From Camelus dromedarius (Eukaryota), in NCBI RefSeq assembly GCF_036321535.1, contig NC_087437.1, positions 19,346,001-19,410,000 of the forward strand: a stretch of DNA of 64,000 bases. The letters run 5' to 3'. Positions within the stretch are counted from its first letter, which is position 1, and each line of letters opens with the position of its first letter. This document shows positions 38,519 through 50,630 of the stretch, one piece after another. The notes beneath the pieces were generated by a model. That model ran no database searches. It was given only the letters and a program-made list of their open reading frames with translations, and was not told the DNA's origin. The position numbers were made by a program, and so were the translations under genes.

Positions 38519-39615
38519 GTGTTATTTCATTCTACATACACAGCATTACTTAGCCCATTACCTGTTCTCAGATATTTAGGTTACTTCTGTACAACTATAA
38601 ATAAGACTTCCTTGTATACAGTTTTGAGCACAATGTTTCTTTAGAATAAATTTCCAGAGGAAGAACTGCTGCAGGAAAGAGTGAGCATATTTTTAAAGCT
38701 TCTGCTAAGTCTTGCCACCCTGATCTCCAGAAGGCTCACAGCTGCTTGCCTTCCAACATCGGTGCCAGAGAATGAGCATCAGAAATGTTCCTGAGTGGTA
38801 AAGCAGGCTTTGCTCCTGGGCTAATGTGTTACCGTTTCCAGATCATTTGACATTTTTAACAAGGACCATTTGGATATAGATAATCAAAAATACCTTACCA
38901 AAAGAATGGTGGATGGCACAATTTCAGGCATCATGATAAATCAAGGGATTCAGGGAGTGGAAGGCTCTTTGGATGCAGAGAATACTTTCTTAGAGCCTGA
39001 CAAATCAGGCCTCTCAAAGAGAAGGGCCCTTCACACAGAAATGCTATGTCAGTTTCCAGAGGAGGCACTTTCTCAGCCCCGAGTGCCTGCTGACTCTGAC
39101 CCTGGGTAGGTTGGACAGAAAAGAGACTATTCCCATCTGCACTGGATATACAGAAAGGCTGGGCTCAGAGAGGTTAAGTGACTTTCTCAGCATCACCCAG
39201 CTAATGAAGAAAAGAATTTCGGCTGGAACATGGGCCTTGCATGGCTGAGTGCCCCCTTGTTTTCCAGCCCAGGGCAGGGCACCCAGCAGAGGTCTGCTAG
39301 GTTTTGGGGGCTGTAGAGAAAACATGGATATTGTGCCAGGACTCTGAGCAGCCCCCAGGAGGAACAACCTTCATTTCAGCCTAACCATTGCTGGCTGTGT
39401 GTGATGGGAGCCAGAGGTGGGTCCTAAAAGCCCCTGCCCTAATCACCGCAGAGAAGGGCAGACAGAGAAGGACCAGGTGGATACAGCCCAGTGTGGTAGG
39501 TGCTAGGGTTATCGGAAGCACAGGGGATGCGGTGCCCAGGGTGGCCCCTCACTCTCATAGGAAACACAGCTAGTTTTTTAAAGTGGGCATTCCAGATGGT
39601 GAGAAAGGACAAGCA

Positions 39616-40189
39616 CTATTTACAACAGCCAAGACATGGAAGCAACCTAAATGTCCACTGACAGATGACTGGATAAAGAAGTTGTGGTATATATATATAT
39701 ATACTGTACACACACATGCTGGAATACCACTCAGCCATAAAAAAAGAATAAAACAATGCCACTTGTAGCAACATGGATGGACCTGGAGTTCATCATTCTA
39801 AGTGAAGTAAGCCAGACAGAAAAAGACAAGTATCACATACCGCTTATATGTGGAACCTAAAAAAAAGTCACAAATGAACTGATTTACAAAATGGAAACAG
39901 ATGCACAGACATAGAAAACAAACTTATGATTAACTGGGGGCAAAGGGAGTGGGAAGGGATAGATTGGGAGTTTGAGATTTGCAGATACTGACCGGTATCT
40001 ATGAAACAAACAAGTTTCTACAGTACAGCACAGGGAACTATATTCAATATCTTGTAGTAACCTATAATGAAAAAGAATATGAAAAGGAATATATGTATGT
40101 ATATGTATGACTGAAGCTTTGTGCTGTACACCAGCAATTGATACAACATTGTAAACTGACTATACTTCAATAAAAAGGAAAAAAAAAAA
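39616..40189 (+). mobile_element. 5'-truncated L1 in RBP1 intron 2
   Basis: ORF2 end, 3'UTR and poly(A). TSD AAAGGACAAGCA (39604-39615) / AAAGAACAAGCA (40190-40201). Confidence 0.9.
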
Positions 40190-40638
40190 AAAGAACAAGC
40201 AGGTCAGGGCTAAAGGAGAGGGAGGAACAGGTTGGGGGAAGACAGGGTCACAGAGCCAGACCATAACTGGGCCTGTGGCCTGGAGGCTGTTTTCAACGTC
40301 TCCCTACCGTGCCTATACCCTCACACAGTCCCATGGCTCTGATCTGCAGGGTGGAAGCATCACGGAAGGCACGCACAGTGGGCCAGGGAGTCTGCAGGGC
40401 TGTGCTCTAAGTTAAAGAGGCAGGGAAACTCAGCTGTCATTTACATGGGCTCCTGGTACCTGCCCCCTCCCACTCTGTAACGATCAGGTTGACCTAGTAT
40501 ATTGCAAAGAACACGCTCCTTAGAGTCAACAGACCCAGGCGCTCTGTCCTGCCTTGTGCGGGATGACCTCAGGCAACAGGATTAACCTCCCTGAGCCTCA
40601 GTGTTCTCATCTACAAAAGAGGGATTCAGGGTACCTAC

Positions 40639-41065
40639 TGTGGCCAAGCGTTCCATTGGGGCCCCCAGTGGATCAGATAATGTTCATGCCCTTGTGAAGC
40701 CCCCTCCTACATGGGTTCTGGCCTTGGCTGTGTGGCCTGCTTTGACCAATGGGACAGCAGCAAGCACAAACCAGGCAGCACTTTCATAAGCATTTGTTTG
40801 CTGGGCTCGTCCTCTCGGGACCCAGCTGCCGTGCGTTTAGAAGTCCAGGCCATCCTACTGGAGAGAAAGGCCACGTGAGAAGCCCCGGAGGAGAGAAAGA
40901 GAGGTTACTGCCAGAGAATGGAGGCGCCGCAGCCGGGCCGTCAGCTGAATGCAGCCCCCTCGGAGCCGTGAACACCCAGCCAGCCCACAGTCACGAGAGG
41001 AATCGGTTGCTATTTTAATGCGTTGCATTCTGGGCTGGTTTGTTATGCGGCTTTAGGTAACCACA
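40639..41065 (+). mobile_element. MaLR (MLT1-type) LTR remnant
   Basis: MLT1-like 5' ('atgcccttgtgaagccccctcc') and 3' ('ggtttgttatgc') motifs. Confidence 0.55.
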
Positions 41066-44000
41066 AGGCACACTTCACCAGTTCACGCTGAGGATGAGAG
41101 AAAATATACGTGAAAATATACGTGACGCGGAGAGCTGGTGTACGAGGCGCTATTATGATATAATCATGACGTCTAGAGCTTAGATAAGGATGGATTTGCT
41201 TGTCCAAGTTGAACAATCACAAAAGCCTTTTTTTTCCCTCCAAGTTGGAGATTTGTGAGGAAGTGATGGCCCTGCTATTCACCAAGGCTAAATATTTCAG
41301 AAGCTCCTTCCTTTCCAGGAGCCTTGCATCTGAGACCATGCAGGGGCTGCCTGCTGAGCCGGGCACCCGGGAGCCCTGTGATGTCCGTGTCTCCTAAAAT
41401 TTAATTAGTCTTTGTTTAAGTAGAAGATCTATTTGGAGACTCCCCACTGACAGCTGTGATGGCTCCGAAAATGTGATTCAGTTCTCTCACTTTGTTACCC
41501 TGTGTTCACTTTGCAAGGGGCAGGGATTTTTCTTTTGAAGCTTTGTATCCTGTGGGAATAAAGCAGCAATTTCCCAGAGGATCAGGTTTGTCCTAAGAAC
41601 AGAAAGGCAGGTGGGGCGTCAGGGAGGAGGACGATCACCTACAAATGAATGAGAGGTAAAAAGGAAAGAAGTAATGCTGGGAGGGGAATGGATAACACGC
41701 AATGGTCACTGGTTTTCCTGTGACACAGAACATAGCTTCTGATAACAACCTTTCTTGGAATCCAAGGATGGACGCCTTCTGTGACCTCCCTCTGTGGTGA
41801 GCAGCCAGCCACCTTTGCCAGACCAGGGACAAGTCAGGGACAAGGCACAGCTTGTCCTGTGAATGCAGATCTGAAAGGATCTCTAAGAGGTTTCCCAGCC
41901 TGGGCACTCACCACTGCTTAATCCATTTAATCAGGGTCTAATGGGAGACTTTCAGGCAAGAGGATGCTCCCCATGCTTTTCCCATGGTATGGGAAGGCAG
42001 ATGCCCATGGGGAATCAGGTGGACGGTGCAAACCATGGGGATGGGCAGTGCTGCCTCCACCCCCACCATGGGCTCTGGGACTCCACCTCGGAAATGAAGC
42101 CCAGACAAACCCAAGGACAAGGGGGAATGTATGGCCACCTTCAGCTCCACTCCTAAGAGTAATTCTCACCACACAGACTGTCTGAATCTGCAGACGAGCA
42201 GGAGCCCAGGGCAGCTGGTTTTAAAGCAAGGCTGGTCTAACTTTTCTATTAAAAACTAATAACCTCCAACACTTTGGTCTTGTCAGCAGCTTTCCCAGAA
42301 ACACATGCACCAAGATGAATGAAGACAGCTTTGCGTCACTCTGACAGGGGACTGTCACTTCAAAAGCCATTATCCTGTTTCCCTGACCACTTAGAAGCTC
42401 CGGCTGGCACGGAGGTGACCCAGAAAACTCAGTTCCCACAGGCAGCCTGAGGAAGTTTGGTCCAAGGAAGTCTCGAGGCCCCTCACCCTGGATGAACAAC
42501 CTACACTGGGAGTGACAGACCATTCCCACCAAATGGACTCGTCTCTTGACTGTGACCCGGCATGAACCACAAAGGGTGGGATTCAACATGGCGGCCAGGA
42601 AGTGGTGACATTCCTGAAAGAACCCAAATGCCCACCAAAGCATCCACTCCCACGAGCAGGCTAAGGATTGATGGGTGGTCCCTCTGCACCCACCCACCCG
42701 GCTCTGGGAGGGTCTCTGCCCACGGAGCCACCTCCTGGAGGGCTAGGACTGAACCTCATTGTCTCTGTGGTTCTGGAGCCAGGTCACAAGAGAGGAGGCC
42801 TTGGCCATGGTAGTTCTGCCCGCCAAGGCCAGAGCCAGCACTGATCCCGGTCTGACTCCAAAGCGTGTGCTCTTTAAATCTGAGGGGAATGTGGCAAAAC
42901 CAGACAATGACTAGACACTTTCTCTAGGTGATGTGAATCGCTAACAGATACAAATTGGCCTTTTTCTTTCCTCCTGGAGTCTAAGGTTAAAATGTGCTTC
43001 ACCTCTTGAGGGTTCCTGGGACAATCAGCAGGTTCTCAGCCTCTGGTGCCTGTTTCATTCGTGAGCGGATGAGAAGGGCGGGGAAGGTAACAGAGAACCT
43101 GCCAAGTGCCAGGTATGGTGCTGGGAGCTTGCCATTGTGTTTCACTTGAACTTCAGGCTTTGGAACTGATCACAACCAGGCTTAGTTAAGTAACCAGCCC
43201 AAGCCACCCTGGCTGAGCCCTGACTTGAACTCTGCTCTTTCTGGCTGAGAAGCCCGCCCCACCTGGGAGGCCAGGCTGGGTGAGCAGAGGGCTTGTTCCT
43301 TTTCTGATCTGTTCCCAGGGGGCTGCCAGTGACCTAAAAGCAGCACATTCCGGGGGCAAGTCACGCTGAAAGCAGATTAAAACAAAACTAACAAGGCCTT
43401 AAAACATGAACGGGTAACTAGACACAGAAAAGCTGTTACAAGCAACAGCTACAGACCAGTAAGACCACAGCAGGCCTTAGCAGGCACAGGCGACTGTGAT
43501 TCCAATACCACGAAGAAGCGAAGAGCCAATGCGAACACGATTCTTAGGACAAACAAAATGATAAAATGGTAAGACTAATCTTGACAAGTCATTTTTTAAA
43601 TTCCTTAAACATTCCAGAAAGCGCCCCCAGGATTCATTTTAAAACAACAAACCGCCAGAGAGCTCAGGGCCCCATGAGGCCAAGGTTCTGGATGGGCAGG
43701 AGGGAGTGAGGCTGGAGGAGGTCACAGGGCTGCCGTGGGACTGGGCTCAGTCACTCTAGGGGCCCAGCACCGAGGGTGCCCTGAGGCTGGGCTGGGCCTA
43801 GGCTCTGCCGTGGAGCAGCTCAGCCTGGAGGGAAGGCAGATGTGTAAACTGGCATTGATGCCACCCGTGTGCTGTGTGCGTGGATGTGGGATGGGTACCC
43901 AACCCAGCCTGGGGGTCAGGGAAGGCTTCCTGCTGGAAGTAATAGCATCACTGTCAACGATCACCAGCACCATCATCACCCTAATAGCACGCACTGAATA

Positions 44001-47000
44001 CTATCTGCTGCACAGGGTATTAAAGCGTGGGTCATATCAAATTGATTCATTAAACCTCCTGGACCAGGTACACTTCTCCCCAGTTAACAGATTTGGAGAC
44101 TGAGGCTTTAAAGTCACTTAGCCATGAAGTGGGGAGATGAGATTTGACTGTAGGGCCCGTGGTCTTGGTTGCTGGGCCCTGCAGCTGCTGATCTAACCCA
44201 ACCCTGAATGAGCAGTAGGAGTTTGCAGCGTGGCTCTATGTGAGGAAACAACATTCAGCAAAGGTGGGCTCCACACCTGTCACCAGCCTCGCACAAGAAA
44301 CAGAGGCAGGTCAGCTGAGGATTCTGCTCCAAGAGTTCATGGACTAATGGAGACGAAGACAAGCAGACAGAAAATTGCAGCAGAACGGCAAGTGCTGGGT
44401 CGAGGCAGGTGATGGCAAGTATGGAAGTGGGGAGGCGCCTGCCTCATCAGCCTCTGAAGTGGGGACAGAGGCCATCAGGTTAGGCTTTCTGGAGGAGGTG
44501 ATGCTGGAATCGACACTGAAAAACATCATGAGAGTGAGGTAAAGAAGTAGAAGTTGGAAGAGAGGAATCAGGGAACCCCAGGCAGAGGGGACACCCTGGA
44601 CAGACACAGGGAGGTCAGGGGCTGCATCAGTGAGGCTTCTAAATGGGCTTTGGCCAGCTGGCCTCTCTCGGCACGACCCTCCCCGTGGAGTCTGACCTTG
44701 TACCACCAACCCCCCAGAATTTACTAGCATCTCTCCTTCCTCACTTCACACCGTTGTGGTTCCAACCAGCCAAACCTGGTGCAATAGAAAACCCGATGCA
44801 GGCTTCTCTGGCAGGCGCAGCTGGCTCTGCTCCTAGGGCAAGTGCGCGGAGTCAGCCCAGTATCGGGCCCACCTGCAGCGGGGATGCAGTAAGGGAGGGG
44901 CCATCCTCCCAAAGGCGCTCAGAGGGGCTCAGAAGGACAGAGTCCACCAGAGGCCTCATCACCTCCACGGGAGCCTCTGGCCTCTATTTTTTTCATCTTT
45001 CAAGGTGAACAGAAACAAACAGTTCCCAGAAGATAAGAGATGGTAGCTGATAACCAGGGAAGAGCGAGCAGGTCAGGCTCTCTTGACCAAGTTTCTTGGG
45101 GTCTGGGATCTTTTTATTCACTGCAGGATACCAGCCCCCAGCTTAGAATTTATGGCAGAGAAAATGCACGTTTCCATTTGCTGAATTGACAGAAAGCAGG
45201 AATGGCCAAAAACATTCTAGGGGAACTCTTATAATTTTTCAGCAATGAACACTTTTTTTTAAAGACAAAATATCCTAGGCAATGTGGCTGTTTATTCTTT
45301 CACAGATTAGCTCCTTATAAACAATTGGAGTGACACTGGCCCCAAGTTTCTGAGGCCTGGAGTGCTTAGTCATTGTGCCCAGGGCCACCTGGCCAGGAAG
45401 GCCATGAGTCATGGTTTAAACCCCCTTCTGCTTGACTCTGAACCCACAGCCTGCCCACTGCTCCCACACCAACACCTTGCTGCCATGGACGCTGTCACCG
45501 TTGAATAGTAGCTGGCAGGACGTGGGGCTGGCCCCGCCACCAGACAGCAGCTGGCCCGACTGAGCCGGGCATTCAGGAGGCCTTGGATAGAGGCAGGCCT
45601 GTGCTCCAAGCCATCCCCACCTTTTTGGAGCTGGGTCGTCATCTGCAAAATGGGACGAATGAGTCCTGCCACAGAACAGAGCCATCAGGAGGGAATGAAA
45701 CAAGGACCTATTTCAAGGCTTAACTCAGTCAGCAGTGGTTTCCCTCTGCTTCTGGCCTTGCCCTTTGCCCCTGACCCTGATCTCCACTGATGTGGAGAGG
45801 CACTCTGCACACATAACTCCATGAGCTCCCCTCTGGATGGCTGAGTGCCCCTCCACACGTCGCCACCGCCAGAATCTGTCTTCTGGAGGACATGGTTTAC
45901 AAGGTGAATTATGGGCTCATGTTGTTGGAGCAGCTGACTGTAGGCTTCCCTGCATCTAACCCTCACTGCGAAGCCAATATCCCTTTATAATGATGCCCAT
46001 TTCACAGACAAGTAAAGGCACAGTGAGGCAAAGTGACTTGCTTAGTGGCACCCAGTTTGTAAGGGGCAGAGATGGGATTCCAAAGATGATGGTCTGGCTC
46101 CAGAACTGAATGGGTCATGACTCAGCCAGACAGCCAGGCCCTGCCTCAGAGGGAGTTGGGCCATGGACAAGCAAGAGCTTAAAGGAGGGCCAGGAACAGC
46201 TGCCCTCAGCCCTTGGAGCTGGGGCTCTCAGCCAGCAAGGAAGCCTCCCCTGCCACAGAGAATGAGATGAAAACCAGACCTCCCTCCCCTGCCCTGACCA
46301 TTCCATCCCACGGCACCATGACTTCCTTGGGGGACATTACATTTGAGATTCCAAAAGCCTCAGAAAAAAATTAATCCAGAGCTCTGACCCCTTAACATAT
46401 CAATGATTCCATCTTTCTCTGATAACCACTTAGAGTCAGGTGGCCAGGATCCAAATCCTGGCTCCACCAACTACCTGATCTCAGACAAGTGATGCCTGTT
46501 CACCTTTCATTTTCTTCACATATCATCTAGGAAGAACTCTGGCATCTTCATCACAGAATTGTGAGGTTTCAAAGAATTAATGCACAGAATGTGCTCAGAA
46601 TTCCCAGCACATGGGAAGTATCCCCAACGAACACTAGCTATTTGTCAGTGGCTCTTGCAGTGAGATGGTCAATGCCTGCCACTTCCACTGTCTGAGGTGC
46701 TGCTGTTTTTACTGAACACTCATTTGACAAACACACTGGAGTCCACTGCGCCAGGCACTGGAGATACAAAGGTAGTGGGCCCCTCTGTCTAGAATCTCAA
46801 ATGCACTAAAACAAGCATCACAGGTGCCCTAGGAGCAGCACCCTCAGAGAGGGACAGCGAGGCAAAGGAGAGGACGAGGGTGGGTAGGGAGACAGGAGAA
46901 GGTTGAGGGAGCAGTTAAGCCTGGGCTGGTCTTGACCAGTGGGTAATTATCCTCCCAGAGAGAGGAGGCAGGGGGCTTATCTATCCCAGGGAAGTGAGCA

Positions 47001-47024
47001 GAGACACAAAAGAGGATGGCAAGT

Positions 47025-47532
47025 ACAATAGCCGAGACATGGAAGTAACCTAAACGTCCACTGACAGACGACTGGATAAAGAAGATGGAATACTACTCAG
47101 CCATAAAAGAATGAAATAGTACCATTTGCAGCATTACGGACGGACCTAGAGATGATCATACTAAGTGAGTCAGACAGAGAAAGGCACATGTCATATGATA
47201 TCACTTATATGTGCAATCTAAAAAAATGACACGAGTGAACTTATTTACAAAAGAAACAGACTCCCAGACATAGGAAGCAAAATTATGGTTACCAAAGGGG
47301 AAAGGGTGGGGAGGGATAAATTAGGAGTTTGGGATTAGCAGATATAAACTATTACATACAAAATAGACAAACAATAAGGTCCTACTGTATAACACAGGGA
47401 ACTATATTCAATAGCGTGTAACAGCCTATAATGAAAATATGAAAAAGAATATACATGTGTATAACTGAATCACAATGCTGTACACCAGAAACTTAATACA
47501 ACACTGTAAATCAATTCTACTTCAATTTAAAA
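47025..47532 (+). mobile_element. 5'-truncated L1 in RBP1 intron 2
   Basis: L1 3' end with poly(A). TSD AAAAGAGGATGGCAAGT / AAAAGAGACTGGCAAGT. Confidence 0.88.
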
Positions 47533-48589
47533 AAAAGAGACTGGCAAGTGAAGCCACCTGCAGATGGTGGGATGGGGTCAAGTGTAAGGTGTGAGGGAAG
47601 GGAAGGGGCTGGAGAGGCAGGTGCTGTCATGTCCTGAGGTCCTGAATGCCGTCTGGCCTTTGCCTGCCAGCCCTGGGATCCTCTAGGGGTTCTGAGCTGG
47701 TGAGAAGCATGATCAGTACCCCTTTTAGAATGTGAAGGATAGTGGAACGGAGATCAATGTGAAGATACTGGAGTGATTAAATGAAATACTCCATGGAAAG
47801 CACCGAGCCTGGCACACAGTAAGCACAAGAGATGTTTATTATTATTACAGGCAAGAGATATTCAGAAGATGGGGAAAGAAGAGAGAGAGACTAAAAAGCA
47901 GCATCTATGGAACTTGTGCACTGATTGCCCGTAAATGCTTTCCATTTATCTTCACAGTGATCATCTTCGTGGCTACGTAGCGGTCTATGGAATTAAAAAG
48001 CCATAGTCATTCTAACCGCCTGTGGTTATGGGGCACTCAGGGACACTGGCAGGAGGCAGCTCGTTCTGTAAACCACACAAAGTCCGGAGTCAGAGAGGTC
48101 TGAGGTTGAATCAGATCTGAACTGTGATTAACCAGGAGTGTGACCCTGGCAGGACCTCGGGTCCCTGTCTGTACGACGGGAGAGTAGCCCCTCCGCTCCA
48201 GGATTGTTGGAAGATTGAATACATAACATACGTAATACATGTGAAGTACCTGGGTGGGGCCTGCCACCTCACAGCCCTCTGGGGGTGGCCATGCTTATGT
48301 GGGTTGCAGAATATTATTACCACACAGCAACAATGAACACTTTTGTACAAATAGATACAGCTTTTTATCTTTTGAACGATTTTCCTGGAATATAATCCCA
48401 TAAGCGGGATCTCTGAGTCAAAGAGTAAGATGATTTTTCTGACTCATTGCACATTGTCAGACGGGGTTTTTCCCCCTCATTTTCTGAGGGCAGGGCCAGT
48501 TCTGTTGTAAGCCTGGCAAAGATGGGTTTTGCAGTCTGGGTTCTCCTCCAGCCCTGACTTCATTCTCTTCATGCCCATCCTGGTTCTTT

Positions 48590-48995
48590 TGGGTTTTTTT
48601 TGTTTGTTTTAATTGAAGTACGGTCAGTTTACAATGTTGCATCAGTTTCTGGTGTACAGCATAATGTTTCAGTCCTACATATACACAGATCTATTCGTTT
48701 TCATATTTTCACTGTAGGTTACTATAAGATATTAAATATAGTTCTCTGTGCTATACAGAAGAAACATGTATTTATTTTATATATAGTACTTATTTAATAT
48801 ATATTTTTAAAGTGTATTTAATTTTTAAAAGTTTTGTCCAACTATTTTTTTAACATTTTTAAAATTTCTTTTTTTTTGTTTTGAGGAGGAGGTAATTAGA
48901 TTTACTTCTTTATTTTTTTAATGGAGGGACTGGGAATTGAACCCTGGACCTGGTACATGCTAAGCACGCACTCTACCATTGAGCTTTGCACTGCT
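48590..48995 (-). mobile_element. L1 3' tail fragment (~48590-48790) followed by a tRNA-SINE (~48870-48990)
   Basis: 'aattgaagtacggtcagtttacaatgttg' (L1 end) and 'gggaattgaaccctggacc...ctctaccattgagc' (SINE). Confidence 0.8.
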
Positions 48996-49912
48996 ACCTC
49001 ATCTTCTTTATAGTTTCCCCCTAGAGAACTCCTATGCTGTCCTTGGATCCTTAGGTCAGGAGAGAAAGACGAGAGGAAGGAAGAAAGGGGGGAGGGAGGG
49101 AGGAAGGACTAATTATTGTTCTTGTCTAAAGACAGCTAGCCCTCTGCATATTAGAGGAGAAATCTTTGGATATTTAACCAAAATAAATGTGCTGTAATGG
49201 TGGAGCTTCAGACAAGGGGTGTGTGTATGTGTGTTTCCACGCACATGCGCTCCAGCACAACTCAATTTATACATTAGAGTCGGCCACAAAATTGCTCCCC
49301 AGGAAGGAAGCTATTGTGACTCAAGCACCGTCCATGCTCTCAGAGGAGTTTTCAGTCAACTCCAAGCCAAATATGAACAAATCCTGAGCACATGTGACAT
49401 GTGGGCAGTAGGACCTGGGCTGCAGGCTCTGGTTTCCTGGGGAGACCTCCTTGGAGAAAGGGGACCCTAAGGGCAGTCACATTTGCAGCGTCTGGGTGCG
49501 TGGAGGAGAGCGCTGGGGTGGGGGTGGGGGTTCCTGCTTCCAGGCCCTGTGCTGCCAGGGTTCGCTGGGAGGGCCTGGGAGTCCTTAGAGACTGGGATGG
49601 TAAACCAGCAGAAAGGAGGCTCCCACGCTGAGCACACATGCGGAAAGTGGTTTCAGCTGCTGTTCAGACCCGTCTACCTGGGGCTTTGGGAGGTGGGTGC
49701 AGTGCTGAAGGTGAAGTCCTGGACCACTCCCAACCCACCCAGGCCATCCTTTCCCCCTTCAAGCCCACACGCCAGCTTCCCATGCAGGGCCAGGGAGGTG
49801 GCGTTCCCGCCCTGCCTGCAGAGGCCCAGCTCCAGGCACCGCCGCCCCCTCCCACCCCCACAGAGTCCTTGTAGGCTCTGCCGAGACTCAAGGTTAGTCA
49901 GAAATAAGAGCC

Positions 49913-50048
49913 GGGGGGCAGGGTATAGCTCAAGTGGCAGAATGTGTGCTTAGCACGCACCAGGTCCTGGGTTCAATCCCCAGCTCCTGCTCTAACAATA
50001 AATAAATAAATCTAATTACCTCCCCACCAAAAAAATCAAAAAGAAAAA
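49913..50048 (+). mobile_element. Full-length tRNA-derived SINE (Vic-1-like) with TSD
   Basis: GGGTATAGCTCAAGTGG (A box) and GGTTCAATCCC (B box) with an A-rich tail. TSD AGAAATAAGAGC (49900-49911) / AGAAATTAGAGC (50049-50060). Confidence 0.9.
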
Positions 50049-50189
50049 AGAAATTAGAGCTCAGCCCTGGCAGATCCTCGCGGTGTAGCCAGAGCATGAT
50101 GTTCTAGCTCCCGCTGTGAACTCCCTACACGCCAGGCACTGTGGTAACAGCTCAGCAAGCGCACAGCACATGGAACTTTCCTAAAGTAT

Positions 50190-50630
50190 CTTCCGCTCTA
50201 CATGCTCTTCTAGGACCTTGCCATGTCCCCATTGAGAAGTGGAGTCCACATCCACGTCCCCGTCCCTGGGAAGGTTGGGGGGGCGGTCTTTGTGCCTGCT
50301 TCAACCCACAAAGTATGGCAAAACTCTTGCTAAGGACTTCAGAGGCTAAGTAGGTGACGAGAACGCCGTGCGTGTCTGCCTTGTCCTCTTCGCCCTCTCG
50401 TTCTCAGAACCCAGCTGCCGTGTTGCGGGGAAGCTCAGGCAGCCAGCAGAGTGAGCATGAGTGAGCCATTGGGAAGTGGGCCCTCCAGCGCCCCCGGTTG
50501 TGCTGTGCGACAGCCCCTTGGAGCCCTGCCCAAACAGCACATTCATGAAGAAAATGAACAACTGTTATTGTTGTGGAGTTTGCGAGCCCTAAGTTTTGGA
50601 GTGGTTTGTCACATAGCAATACAAATTTGA
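50190..50630 (+). mobile_element. MaLR (MLT1-type) LTR remnant
   Basis: Similar to 2536-3028; 3' 'gccctaagttttggagtggtttgtcacatagcaata'. Confidence 0.6.

Noticed and set aside
49913..49990. tRNA-like sequence with A and B boxes (and its six relatives)
   Set aside because: A-rich tails, TSDs and many diverged copies identify these as SINEs, not functional tRNA genes.
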